DNA from: Octopus vulgaris
Lineage: Eukaryota
Assembly: GCA_951406725.2 (NCBI GenBank)
Contig: OX597816.1
Span: 148,056,001 to 148,120,000 of the forward strand
Length of the DNA stretch: 64,000 bases
Direction of reading: 5' to 3'
Shown here: positions 30,625-42,103 of the stretch, piece after piece
Numbering within the stretch: the stretch's first letter is position 1
Layout: each line of letters starts with the position of its first letter
The notes under the pieces: generated by a model
Databases searched by the model: none
What the model saw: only the letters and a program-made list of their open reading frames with translations
Told to the model about the DNA's origin: nothing
Made by a program: the position numbers and the translations under genes

Positions 30625-30896
30625 AACCGGTGATTACCGTACGTTGACAAGAGGCAAATACCTCGAAACTGCAGTCCGTGCGTATCACTTAGGCTTACGA
30701 GAGAGGGATGACCTCCCTTTGCAAATACCATAAGGGCACAGAAAGTGTGCCTAAAGCCAGCTGGAGACGATGAACTCCTGGGGTTAAAAGCTACAGTAAC
30801 ACCCACTCTTAGTGGTTAGCCATATTGAGATGGCTAGTATAATTTACGTTGTCGAGCGGTTACTGTTTACATCTCGTTCAGAGATTTATTATTGCT
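30625..30896 (+). mobile_element. Subfamily B retrozyme-like element (partial monomer)
   Basis: TA-flanked; homologous to 33850-34855 and 48388-48646; contains the hammerhead at 30638-30682. Confidence 0.85.
30638..30682 (+). ncRNA. Type I minimal hammerhead ribozyme, U3-A8 variant
   Basis: Stem I CGTACG/CGTGCG; core TTGACAA; stem II GAGG/CCTC; GAAA; palindromic stem III ACTGCAGT; GUC with predicted cut after 30676. Confidence 0.8.
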
Positions 30897-32238
30897 ATAT
30901 ATATACATCTACACATAAAATACAAAATGCAAAGTTATATCTTGATATCGCTAGTGATAACAATACTCAAAATATATAACAGACTGGAATTGTAAGCCCG
31001 TCTCTTGCAATTTTGATCAATTGTATCTTGTCCTCCCTCTTGTATAGAAGTGTGGCTACAATCCAGCCTACCTCTACTGCTATTGGGGGAGGGGGCATTT
31101 TTAATTTTTATCCGGGACGTCCTACGTTCCAGATATAAAGGTAAAAATAATATATTTCCACTTTGCAAGTTCGAGTCGAGTGCTCCCTTGCATGCTCCGT
31201 TGACTCGAACCTTGCTTCTATTGTGGCGAATTTACCGCATCTGGTTAGATATCTTTCATAGTCGCACCAAGACACTTTTCGGTGGTGCTTTCCTTCAGGT
31301 GTTTAAATCTTTTTTCTCTACATTGTATACTTTATACACAATACTCTTTTCTTTAATTTAATATTTTGTTATCCATCTGGACTATTCCATTTCTGCACGC
31401 TAATTTTATTTTTAATTTATTCCCATTCATGTGAAACCACTTATTCAAGTTCGAGTCATTGATGCAATTTTATACCAATTGCTATTTTTACTTTTAATTG
31501 TTATGTTACAATTTAATTTAATTTGATTTTAATCATTACTTACTACATATAATTGAATTGTTATTATTATTTTTATTGTTAAAGTGAAAGTATCTGACAT
31601 AAAATAGAGAAATGTTTTTTTTTTTCACTTTTAATACATAATACTGAAATAGTGGAGAAGATATGATATTGCTATGGGCCGCTCAAGGCAAGGGGTTGAA
31701 CATTTTTTTTTGCCCATGAAACTACATGGACCCTAACTAAGGCGTGTGTAAAATTTGAATGAAATTGGTTGTGCAGCTCTCAAGTTTTAGGGAATCATAT
31801 AGGAGAAGATATGATATTGCTGTGGGCTCGCCCTAGGCAAAAAGTTAATGATTTTCTTTGGCGATGACACTTCCCGGACCCCAAGTAAGGCATGTGTAAA
31901 ATTTGAATGAAATTGGTTGTGTAGTTCTCAGGTTTTAGGGAAACACACAGACAGACAGATAGACAGATACACATTCTCTGTTTTATATAGAGAGAGATAT
32001 TTCTATATATATAATTGATAATATCAGGGAAATAAAGATTTTAGAAATTTTACTAACAGTGGCCTAGCGTATAGAAAGATTAGTCAGTAGACTATATATT
32101 ATTCATATAAACTACAGAGTATATTTAAACACATTAAGAGATTTATATATACATATATTTCCATATATTTCTATATATATACATATATATGAATATATAC
32201 ATGTATATATATGTGTGTATGTATGTATGTATGTATGT

Positions 32239-32790
32239 CAAGTCACTTTCGAGTGCTACTGGTAACATGTAACCCAGTACTACCTGTTGCATGGTCGGAT
32301 CGTCGGTGACTAAACCGGCAACCCCACCAAGCTTGCTTGGTGCTGATGGTGTTTATTGGTCACCCTGCGGGATGAAAAACAAAACCCGTCAAAGGGCGGA
32401 GGAACTCTTGAGAGTCAACGGCCGTCCAATAAGTGTCTTAAGGCTGTATCATGTGCGGGGACATAGAAATAATCGGACTGAATACCCGATCGCGCGGTTA
32501 AACCATTGGGAGTGAAGGACACCTAGCCTTTGTTAGGGTATCCTTCTAGGAGAAGGTAACTCGGGTAATTGGGATAACTCCGACATAAAACCTGCAGCTC
32601 AGTGGTTACCGATGATGTTGACTTGTTCTTCTTTTCGGATTATGGCTGCTGTTGCTTAGTGAGTGGGATTGACTCAGTGCACAGCCTTTCCTCACTTTAA
32701 AAAAAGTCTTCTTTCACAGGCATTGCACGATAACAACATTGATTAAGCTTCATGCAATGGCCATACTCGATAACGAGGGGGCAGCCACCA
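32239..32790 (+). mobile_element. Non-coding RTE-derived non-autonomous retroelement
   Basis: RTE-5'UTR-like ctaggagaaggtaactc motif; 3' 34 nt nearly identical to the tail of the RTE fragment at 16250; flanked by (TATG)n. Confidence 0.7.
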
Positions 32791-32872
32791 TGTATGTATG
32801 TATGTATGTATGTATGTATGTATGTATGTATGTATGTATGTATGTATGTATGTATATAAATATATATATATA

Positions 32873-33035
32873 GGCGAGAGCGTGGCTGTGTGCTAAGAAG
32901 CTTCCTCTCCAACAACATGGTTCTAGGTTCAGTCGCTCTGCGTGGCATCTTCGGCAAATGACTTCTACTATAACCTTCGGCTGACCAAAGCCATGTCCGT
33001 GGATTTGGTTGACGGAATCTTTAAGAAGTCTGTCC

Positions 33036-33084
<49 letters not shown>

Positions 33085-33292
33085 ATTCGTGTCTGTGTTT
33101 GTTCCCTCCCATCATCGCTCAGAAACCAATGTTGGTGTTTTTACATCCCAGTAACCTAGCAATTGGGCAGAAAGTATCGATAGGTTAAGCACCAGGTTTA
33201 CAAAGAATAAGTCCAGGAGACGATTTCTCCAAGTAAAAGGCGGTACTCCAGCATGGCCACACTCAGTTGACTGAAACAAGTAACAGAGTAAA
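32873..33292 (+). mobile_element. tRNA-derived SINE (family 1), near full length
   Basis: cgtggctgtgtgctaagaag..ggttctaggttcagtc head, core, internal (TA)/(GT) repeat, ccagcatggccac tail. Confidence 0.88.
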
Positions 33293-33313
33293 TGAATAAT
33301 AATTATAATAATG

Positions 33314-33378
<65 letters not shown>

Positions 33379-33379
<1 letters not shown>

Positions 33380-33787
33380 GCCCTGATGCAGTACCAGGCA
33401 GTGACTCTCATGGCTTCTGATCTTAACTGATTGGAAGTGTTATCATGTACATTGTTTTGTCTTGGTATAAAAGATGGGCTACAGCAAATATTCTGCTCAA
33501 TACCACAGATTTACTTGTCAGTTGTTTGACCTTAACCAGTTGAGCATGTCCCTTAGTGGCTGACGATATGTGCATCTCTGATCACGAGCAGAAGTAGTGG
33601 GGGAGCATCATAGCCGTGTGTTGAGAAGGATTCTTTGGGGTTTGAATAATTCACCTCTGGAAACATGGGTGGTTCGTTCAATGTCCTTAAACAACCCTTA
33701 TTCAGGGACCGTTTGAGCGGGATGGATACTGGGCTTCGTATATTTTACCCCAGTGTCACTTTGATGGCATGCTCTGCTCGCTCACTC

Positions 33788-33790
<3 letters not shown>
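33379..33790. mobile_element. Unclassified interspersed-repeat-like segment bounded by (AAT)n
   Basis: Sharp GC rise between two (AAT)n tracts (33295-33378 and 33788-33816); no ORF. Confidence 0.5.
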
Positions 33791-33818
<28 letters not shown>

Positions 33819-34020
33819 TATAGGGATATATCTGTATATCTAATCTATATATCACGAAGTATATTTGCCACTTAAATATGGCTAACCCTTAAAGGTTGAT
33901 GCTACTGTAGCTTGTAGCCCCAGAAACACATCTCCTCCAGCTGACTATTGACACACTTTCTGAGCCCTATCAGTATTTGTAAAGAGAAGTCATCATTCCC
34001 ATCTCCAGCCTCACGTGATA

Positions 34021-34065
34021 CACACAGACCCGGGTTCCTGAGTAGTGACCCGTAATCAGTTTGTG
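34021..34065 (-). ncRNA. Decayed hammerhead (subfamily B)
   Basis: Minus strand: cacaaa-CTGATTA-cgggt cact actca-GGAA-CCCGGG-TC-tgtgtg; G8 and A13 mutated. Confidence 0.7.
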
Positions 34066-34108
34066 ATAACAAACAGTTGTCTATGTGAAGTGGTTCCTAA
34101 TGCAAATA

Positions 34109-34434
34109 AAAAGACTCCGCCGGTTACGACGACGAGGGTCCCAGCTGATACGATCAACGGAACAGCTTGCTCGTGAAATTCACGTGCAAATGGCTGAGCA
34201 TTCCACAGACACGTGTACCCTTAACGTAGTTCTCGGGGATAATCAGCGTGACACAGAGAGTGACAAGGCTGACCCTTTGAAATACAAGTACAACTCATTT
34301 TTGCCAGCTGAGTGGACTGGAGCAACGTGAAATAAAGTGTCTTGCTCAAGGACACAACGCGTCGCCGGGAATCGAACTCACAACCTTACGATCATGAGCC
34401 GAATGCCCTAACCACTAAGCCACGCGCCCTCACC
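34109..34434 (-). mobile_element. Well-preserved full-length tRNA-derived SINE (family 4) with 10-bp TSD
   Basis: Head gcgtggcttagtggttag..gagttcgattccc (A/B boxes), gtgtccttgagcaagacac core; TSD aatgcaaata at 34099-34108 and 34435-34444. Confidence 0.92.
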
Positions 34435-34790
34435 AATGCAAATATATATATATATATATATCCTTTTTCCAGTGATGAAAAGTTATTGATCTCGAAAATG
34501 GCGGAAACAAGCAATAATAAATCTCTGAGCGAGGTATAAACAGTAGCTGCATGACATCGTGAAGTATACTTGTCACTTAAATGTGGCTACCTCTTAAGAG
34601 TTGAAGCTACTGTAGCTTGTAGCCTCAGGAAGGCATCTCACAATGTCGTGTAGCTACTGTTTACACCTCGCTCAGGGATTTATTATTGCTTGTTTCCATC
34701 TTTTTCGAGATCAGTAACTATTCGTCACTGGAAAAAGGATATAAATATATTTGCATTGGGACCCACTTCACATCGCCAGCCGGTGGCTGT

Positions 34791-34835
34791 CGCACGCTGA
34801 TGATGTGTCAATACTCAGAAACCCGGGTCTGTGTG
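34791..34835 (+). ncRNA. Type I minimal hammerhead ribozyme, canonical core
   Basis: Stem I CGCACG/TGTGTG; CTGATGA; stem II TGTGT/ACTCA (1 mismatch); GAAA; palindromic stem III ACCCGGGT; GUC with predicted cut after 34829. Confidence 0.9.
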
Positions 34836-35059
34836 TATCACGTCAGGCTGGAGAAATATTTACTTTGACAAGACAAGAGATAGAAAAGAGAGATAGTCCT
34901 GAAAGAAAAGGAAGATGATCGCGTGAGAAAAAGGAAGACGGAGGATGGTCACGTATGAGCAACGAGAGAGAGAAAAGGAGAAAGAGGTGGAGAGAGACAG
35001 ATAGAAATGGTGAAAGGGAGACAAAAGGGAATTAGAGAAAGAATGAGAGAGAAAACTAC

Positions 35060-35340
35060 TCTCCATGTTTGTTTTCGCTCTGTTTCCTTGTATTCTCCAT
35101 TGTCCTGTTTTTATTCCCAATTTTGAACGTCCGTAAATCCCAAATTTTTATTTTGGTACTTATGGGAGTAACTGTCTTCGAAGACTTATATTGTCGTTCA
35201 ATGCTCGAAATGAAGATATCCGACAATTGATGAATGGTCGTTACTCGTCCACTTTTTCATTTGTTTCTCTCGTTGTTTGCGTATTGAACTCATTTTGTTC
35301 GTAATATATGTTGTTTACTGTTGGTGACGTCCTGTTCCCA
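35060..35340 (+). mobile_element. (TA)n-terminated element (family E), homologous to 57835-58210 (-)
   Basis: Shared blocks gggagYaactgt, aatgctcgaaat, tgatgRatggtcgtt and gtcctgt; possible hammerhead relic (tcgaaga..gctcgaaa). Confidence 0.6.
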
Positions 35341-35361
35341 TATATATATATATATATATAT

Positions 35362-36120
35362 ATCAGAAATATTAAATTTCTAAATATCTCATAGAGATAT
35401 GTACGGTGGTGGGGCGATAGAATGGTTGTATACTGTCAACTTAACGTGACAGTAGGGGATTACACCACCGCTGTTTAGCCCTAGGAAGCATCGACGTTTC
35501 CTGATGGCTTCGACACATTTTTCTTTCCTGTGTCCTTATATATTTACGAAGGGGAGACAAATATCCTGAAACATGCGTGTCTCTAGATGCAGGCCTGGCT
35601 GCTGGGGATATTTGTCTCTCCTTCGTAAATATATAAGGACACAGGAAAAAAACAATAAATGTGTCGAAGCCATCAAGAAGCGTCGATACTTCCTAGGGCT
35701 AAACAGCGGTGGTGTAATCCCCTACTGTCACGTTAAATTGACAGTATACAACCATTCTATCGCCCCACCACCGTACATATCTCTATGAGATATTTAGAAA
35801 TTTAATATTTCTGATTTTGGTAATCAGTGAATAAACTTCACTGGAAATTAGATATACATATTTACGAAGTCGGGACAGGTATCTGCAGTTGGCAGGCTTC
35901 TGCTACTCTAGACCGATGATGGACAAAGATCCGAAAACATGCGTGTCTTTAGATGCAGGCCTGGCTGCTGGGGGTATTTGTCTCCCCTTCGTAAATATAT
36001 AAGGACACAGGAAAAAAAAGATGTGTCGAAGCCATCAGGAAGTCTCGATGCCTCCTAGGGCTAAACAGCGGTGGTGTAATCCCCTACTGTCACGTTAAAT
36101 TGACAGCATACAACCATTCT
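35362..36120. mobile_element. Subfamily A retrozyme-like element: inverted partial copy plus ~1.5 plus-strand monomers (366-bp period)
   Basis: ~205-bp inverted arms at 35362-35566 and 35606-35815; acatgcgtgtc recurs at 35571 and 35937; (TA)n at both ends. Confidence 0.9.
35907..35953 (+). ncRNA. Type I minimal hammerhead, C4 variant
   Basis: Stem I TCTAGA/TTTAGA; core CCGATGA; stem II GGA/TCC; GAAA(A); near-palindromic stem III ACATGCGTGT; GUC ending 35947. Confidence 0.75.
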
Positions 36121-36139
36121 ATATATATATATATATATT

Positions 36140-36582
<443 letters not shown>

Positions 36583-36782
36583 TGTTATCCACATACTTTC
36601 AAGTCATAATTTTGTCACGTGATATATACAGTCTCTCCAGTATGTTTATTCCTTTTATTTATATATATATATATATATACCGGAGTAAACACATAAATGT
36701 GAAACAAGGTGGAAAAAGAGTACTCAAATACCAGTGGTAGAGTAATATGCTTTATTTTAAGCAGCAGAAAATTCAACAAAAT

Positions 36783-36820
36783 CTGTTACTCTGAGTTTCT
36801 CGTTGCTGTTCATCAGACAG
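36783..36820 (-). ncRNA. Type I minimal hammerhead ribozyme in a TA-flanked element (36680-36832)
   Basis: Minus strand: CTGT-CTGATGA-acagcaacga-GAAA-CTCAGAG-TA-ACAG; stem III ACTC/GAGT; GUA; stem II weak. Confidence 0.8.
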
Positions 36821-36943
36821 TTTTTGCTAGAATATATATATATATATATGTATTGATAAAAATGGTAAGACAACAAAAGAATGAAAGAGACCTCGATATT
36901 ACTATTAATCTGTAAATATATGTGACAATTATTCGGTAGCCAT

Positions 36944-37004
36944 GATAAAACTCCGAGTTTCGGATGCCTAGGTGAAAATCCACGCCGCCGTCTCTTCAGT
37001 TATC
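36944..37004 (-). ncRNA. Type I hammerhead ribozyme in a TA-bounded element (~36850-37150)
   Basis: Minus strand: GATAA-CTGAAGA-long imperfect stem II-GAAA-CTCGGAG-TT-TTATC; stem I GATAA/TTATC; GUU triplet. Confidence 0.75.
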
Positions 37005-38558
37005 TGGCCGTCGGAAAAAATGCAATGGAAATGACCGTTATACAAAGGGAAATTACTGTGTGATTGGCCGTTATTAAGACAAAAGAGCAAATTGAATGAC
37101 CGCTAAGTGAGGGGAGGGAGTAAAAGTAAGGGGGTAAAAAGGTTCATAGTATTCCCGTAAGCGCGCATGTCCATACCTATACATGCACCCCCGCACATCT
37201 ACGTACATGCGCCTAAATGTATACACTCATCCACCCTCACTTGCAACGTTCACATTCTCACCTGCACCATTCATTTGCTTCAGAGAAACGTTTTAGTCGA
37301 GTACAATTTACGTAACGAGCGGTTATATAAATGACGAATTCACTACATAATTTTTTTCCTTGCCAGTTATATAATTCGTTATGTATGTAAGTGAACTTGA
37401 AGAATTCGTTACACTTTTTCTCTGGCAAAAGACACCGAGTATACTATCGGTTATCGTAATTCACAAGTAATTTTGTATTTTCGCAAATAAATATGAATAG
37501 GTTGTGTTAATCATATCTCAGTTTCAAAGCACTTAATATTACGTCGTACACTTAATTTCCAATTTGTGGTACGTATTTTTTCTTTTGTTCTAAAGATACT
37601 ATTCTTTTCACCAGGTAATTAAACAAATGTTCTGAATGTTTATGATCAAAATACAGTTCCGAACCCGCTGAGATTAAACAGAAATTATACAATCTAGCAA
37701 GATTGTCAATTTTTGGTTCTTGATATTTAACCTAATCATTGACCTCTTCCAGTAAATTCTAGTAATAAAGAGAGGTTTAGAAACTTAACATTTCCTGTTT
37801 TATTGGTTAGACATTCTGTGTCCCATAGCGTATGCTATTGCCTATGAGAGTGTATGTATACATAGTTATGTAAATGTGTATATACATATATGTGTGTGTA
37901 TGTGTGTGTGTGTGTGTGTCGGTGTGTGTGTGTGTAAGCATGTATGTCTGTATGTATGTACATGAATATATATATAATTGCATACATGTTTACATACAAA
38001 TATGTGTGCGTGTGTATCAGAGAGAGAAAGAGAGAGAGAAACAGTGAGAGGGAGGCCGGATAGAGAGGGATAGGTCGGAGAGAGAGGGAGATGTCAGAGA
38101 GAGAGAGGAAGAGGTCGAGGAGAGAGGGAGAGATCGGATAGCGAGGATGGAAGAGAAAGAGAGTAGTTGATACGTTTATTATATTGGAGATGGCGAAATG
38201 ATTGCTCTGTTTAAGTCGAACACAATTTATGTATACGTGATCATTCTTTGACCGGAAATACTGCACAATAGAGTCGGCTTTACTATACACAGTAGTGACG
38301 GAGTAATTTATATCTCACACACCGGATACGCAATGAAGTTTACAGAAGTGTAAATATTACAATGAAATAAATAATGAAAATATATTTGCATAGTTTGTAT
38401 AGGGGATACGTCCACATGAAATAATTTGACCTTTAGATATTTCTATATTTTAGAGATGTAACGAATACAGTTCACGTTTCGTCAATACTAATATGATATT
38501 TAAATGAATTGTTGGATATACAATAAACGAATTCATTCAGATACATGCCACGCAGACC

Positions 38559-38716
38559 CATACATACATACATACATACATACATACATACATACATACA
38601 TACATACATACATACATACATACATGCATGCATGCATGCATACATACATACATACATACTTACATATATACATGCATACATACATACATATATACATGCA
38701 CACATACATACATACA

Positions 38717-38750
<34 letters not shown>

Positions 38751-38812
38751 CATGCATACATACATACATACATACATACATACATACATACACACATACA
38801 TACATACATACA

Positions 38813-38874
<62 letters not shown>

Positions 38875-38924
38875 CATACATACATACATACATACATACA
38901 TACATACATACATACATACATACA

Positions 38925-38958
<34 letters not shown>

Positions 38959-38970
38959 CATGCATACATA
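38559..38970. repeat. ~410-bp (ATAC)n microsatellite
   Basis: Long tetranucleotide array with occasional ATGC/ATAT variants. Confidence 0.97.
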
Positions 38971-40888
38971 ATACCTTTAATTGATATGCATATCATATTT
39001 ATTTATGCATGAATACGTTGAAGAATCTGTGTGTATAATGTTTAGATTTGTCGAAGTTTGTATATTCATGTAGTCTCTTGAAAATATGTTCCAGCATGTA
39101 TATATTATCGTGTGTGTGCGTGTGTTTGTGTAGATATACAGACACACATACAGACAAATAGAAAGATATGTGTATCTGTCTTTTTGAGTATATATGTGAG
39201 CACGTACGTTTGTGTCTGAGAATGTATATGCCCAGGGACAAAGAGAGAGAGAGAGAGAGACCTATGCCAATACAGACATTCATTTATTCATATGTAGATA
39301 TATAGCATGAGAGGAAAAGAGATGGATAATATTATAAATGCATATATGCGTCTGTTTATGCACATCTGAAGATATACACCAACACCTCCTTCACACACAC
39401 ACACAGATGCAGACACACACGCAGGACCCCCACACACACAGACAAGCTTTCAAGCCCAAGTATTTTCGTACACACAATTTCAGTCACATGTAATTAGTCT
39501 ATAATCTGCGTAAAGCATGCACAAGTAAAGAAGACAATTGTCAATACTAAGATAGAATATATTTATATTTCATGTCAAGGAATTCAACGTCACGTACTCG
39601 TTACTCATTAAATATACATGAACAAATATACTGAACTCTGTTTGACGTACACACGTGTGCATTATATTCCAAATGCTCTTGCGGAAATGTAATTATAGCA
39701 AGAGGAGTCGATTAACAACATGGATATTAACATGAATAAGCATTGGATTTACACCAGCGTGAGAGAAAAGCCAGGTCATACATGTAATAAAATTAATTCT
39801 TAGATATGGATGCACTCAACTATCTCAGTGCAGTGAGAACAGAATCAGAAAGGTAGGTGTAAGTGCCAGGACACTTCTCCCGTGATCGGTAAAAAGAATC
39901 TATGATTGATATTCAACTGGATCAATGAATTCTAAGTTCAAACTAGTGTTCACGTTAAGCGAGTTAATCATGAGTTTATATTTTGGTGCTTACGCTTTAT
40001 CGAGGAAAAAATTCAATTCACTTAATTCAGATAACAATGCCTCTGTGTGTACGTATGTGTGTGGGTGTTTTTATGAGATGTTTATAAAATATATATAATA
40101 CATGCACTCACACACGCGCGCACACGTATGATATATATTATACAACCAGGTATTTACATGCTATTAATCATAGCCTATCTGTTTCAAGGGTCAATGTTAA
40201 AAAAAACATTTTCATCTCAAGTCTATAAATATACATATGTGTGTATAAGCATATGTGCGTATATGCATATGTGTATGTGAGTGTATGTGTATGTGTGATG
40301 TTTGTCAGGCTATGTGGGATGCATATATATTACCAGTCAACTTGGAGCAACAGTTTTACATAGCTATTGTCTGAGGCTTCGACGTTTACTGTTAGCCTGA
40401 TGATCATGCTTGCCTGTCCATCCTCTGTTTACTGCCCTATTACTACGACATTCCACTCCTAATGAAATCTTTACACACCACTTCCTTCCTCAGTCCTAAG
40501 CCACAATCGACGTTCGCGTTCCATCCAACTTCCCCAGAGAACCGTGATCTCTGCAATCAAGAATTCTTTTCTAGTTGCTCTTCATTATTATAACAATAAT
40601 AATATGGTTAGACCGCTCCCTTTGTATACATTTCCCCCATTCGTTCATTGTCAACATGCAGGTGTTTGAGCTTCGGTTTTCCTTTGTTTCAGATTCTACA
40701 TAGTCCTTTCTAACTTACTGCGGAAAACAGCAGGGTGAAACTTGATCCTCGTGGTTTTAGAGTATCAGCGATGATACTTAAGTCATGTTTATGCTGTTAG
40801 ATGTGCTCACCAACGAATGACTCACACACGGGCACAATCACTGCTCTGAAAATAATCAGCAGTGCCAGACCGGCTCCACCGCCTATTA

Positions 40889-41900
40889 CACTGGACAACA
40901 AAGATGTTGCTACTGGGGTAAAAGCACGTGTTTTAGACTAAATTGAGGATGTTACACCCAGAATTGTTCTAGCACTTCAGGATTTTGAGTTATGAGCATG
41001 CACAAGATTATAACTATACTTTCGGCTAGATATAGGCCGTATTATAAAATTTACTAAAATGAAAGAGGCCTTAATTCAAACTTAATGAAATAAGTGCAAT
41101 AAAACAAGCCATGAGAATGTTCATTATTTAGTTTGGCAATAGATAGCGATGAAGTATTGTGTACAAGCGCCAAATACGTCAGTTTGTTCTTGGTAACTCT
41201 GTGCCGTTTGTGCTGTTGTCACGTGTTTTATGTGTATCTCTTGCTCTGCAGGATTGCTGTTTTAACAGTGTTCATTGTGTTAGATCATGAATAGGAGAGA
41301 CTGTGTGAATCATCCAGACCACTGTTGTTATGTCTGTAGAAAATTTGCTCCCTGTGACCAACGGAATAACATTGCCACCAAATTAAAAATTGGCTATAAA
41401 TATTATTTCGGGTGCAAAGTTGGGGAACAAGACAAGAGATGTGTACCTTATATATGCTGCACCGTGTGTTACTCAGGGCTACTCAGTGGCTGAATGGAAA
41501 ACGGAAGGGAATGCTTTTTGCTGTACGAATGGTATGGCGTGAGCCAACAAATCATGCCTCTTATTTTAAGTCGGCTCTCAAACTGGTCCCACATGACTTC
41601 GAGAACTCTGTCCAAGTTCCCCTCTCACATGATTCACTTGAAGACCTTGACATGTCGCACGATGAACCCCCTGATTCTCCTATCAACGAAGAGTACGTAG
41701 TTAATTCTAAGAAAAATGAGCCAGGCTTGTTTAATCAAGATTTGAGCGATTTAGTAAGAGACTTATATCTGTCAAAGAAGAAAACAGAAGTTTTGGGAAC
41801 CAGACAACAGCAACAGAATCTTCTACAGCAAGCTACGAAAATTTCCATTTTCCGTTCTCCCCATTAAGGCTTATCTGTCTTTTTCAAGCAAGAAAACAAT
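40889..41900 (+). mobile_element. Decayed DNA-transposon N-terminal region, Chapaev3-like (CMC superfamily)
   Basis: CVNHPDHCCYVC..YYFGCKVGEQDK..C..C and WLNGK..VWREPTNH, frameshifted; candidate CACTG left end at ~40889; family assignment rests on recalled motif similarity. Confidence 0.6.
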
Positions 41901-42018
41901 GCTTGTTTCTATACTGACGTTAATGCATGTGGTTAACGAATCGAGATTTTTGTTGTTGCCCAGTGTTATTCACGCATTGCAAAAGCACACGCACACACAT
42001 ACTCGTGTGTGTGTGTAT

Positions 42019-42103
<85 letters not shown>

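Larger units (their letters stand above)
30561..31997 (-). mobile_element. Non-autonomous Helitron-like element with a nested retrozyme-like insertion
   Basis: Minus strand begins A|TC..tatataaaa..(gtct)n and ends in hairpin gacccggcaacgacgggtc..CTAG|T; internal ~148-bp tandem duplication at 31654-31945. Confidence 0.7.
33850..34855. mobile_element. Subfamily B retrozyme-like element: minus-strand partial tandem (33850-34640) plus inverted copy (34641-34855), interrupted by a SINE
   Basis: Unit recurs at 33851 and ~34556 (about 369 bp after removing SINE and TSD); inverted arms meet near 34640; two hammerheads. Confidence 0.88.

Noticed and set aside
34360-34432. tRNA-like sequence with A and B boxes (also 23290, 32873)
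   Set aside because: These are SINE heads continuing into SINE bodies, not tRNA genes
40396-40420. Isolated CTGATGA (also at 44437 and 59715, and CTGAAGA at 9778)
   Set aside because: No supporting stems; expected by chance
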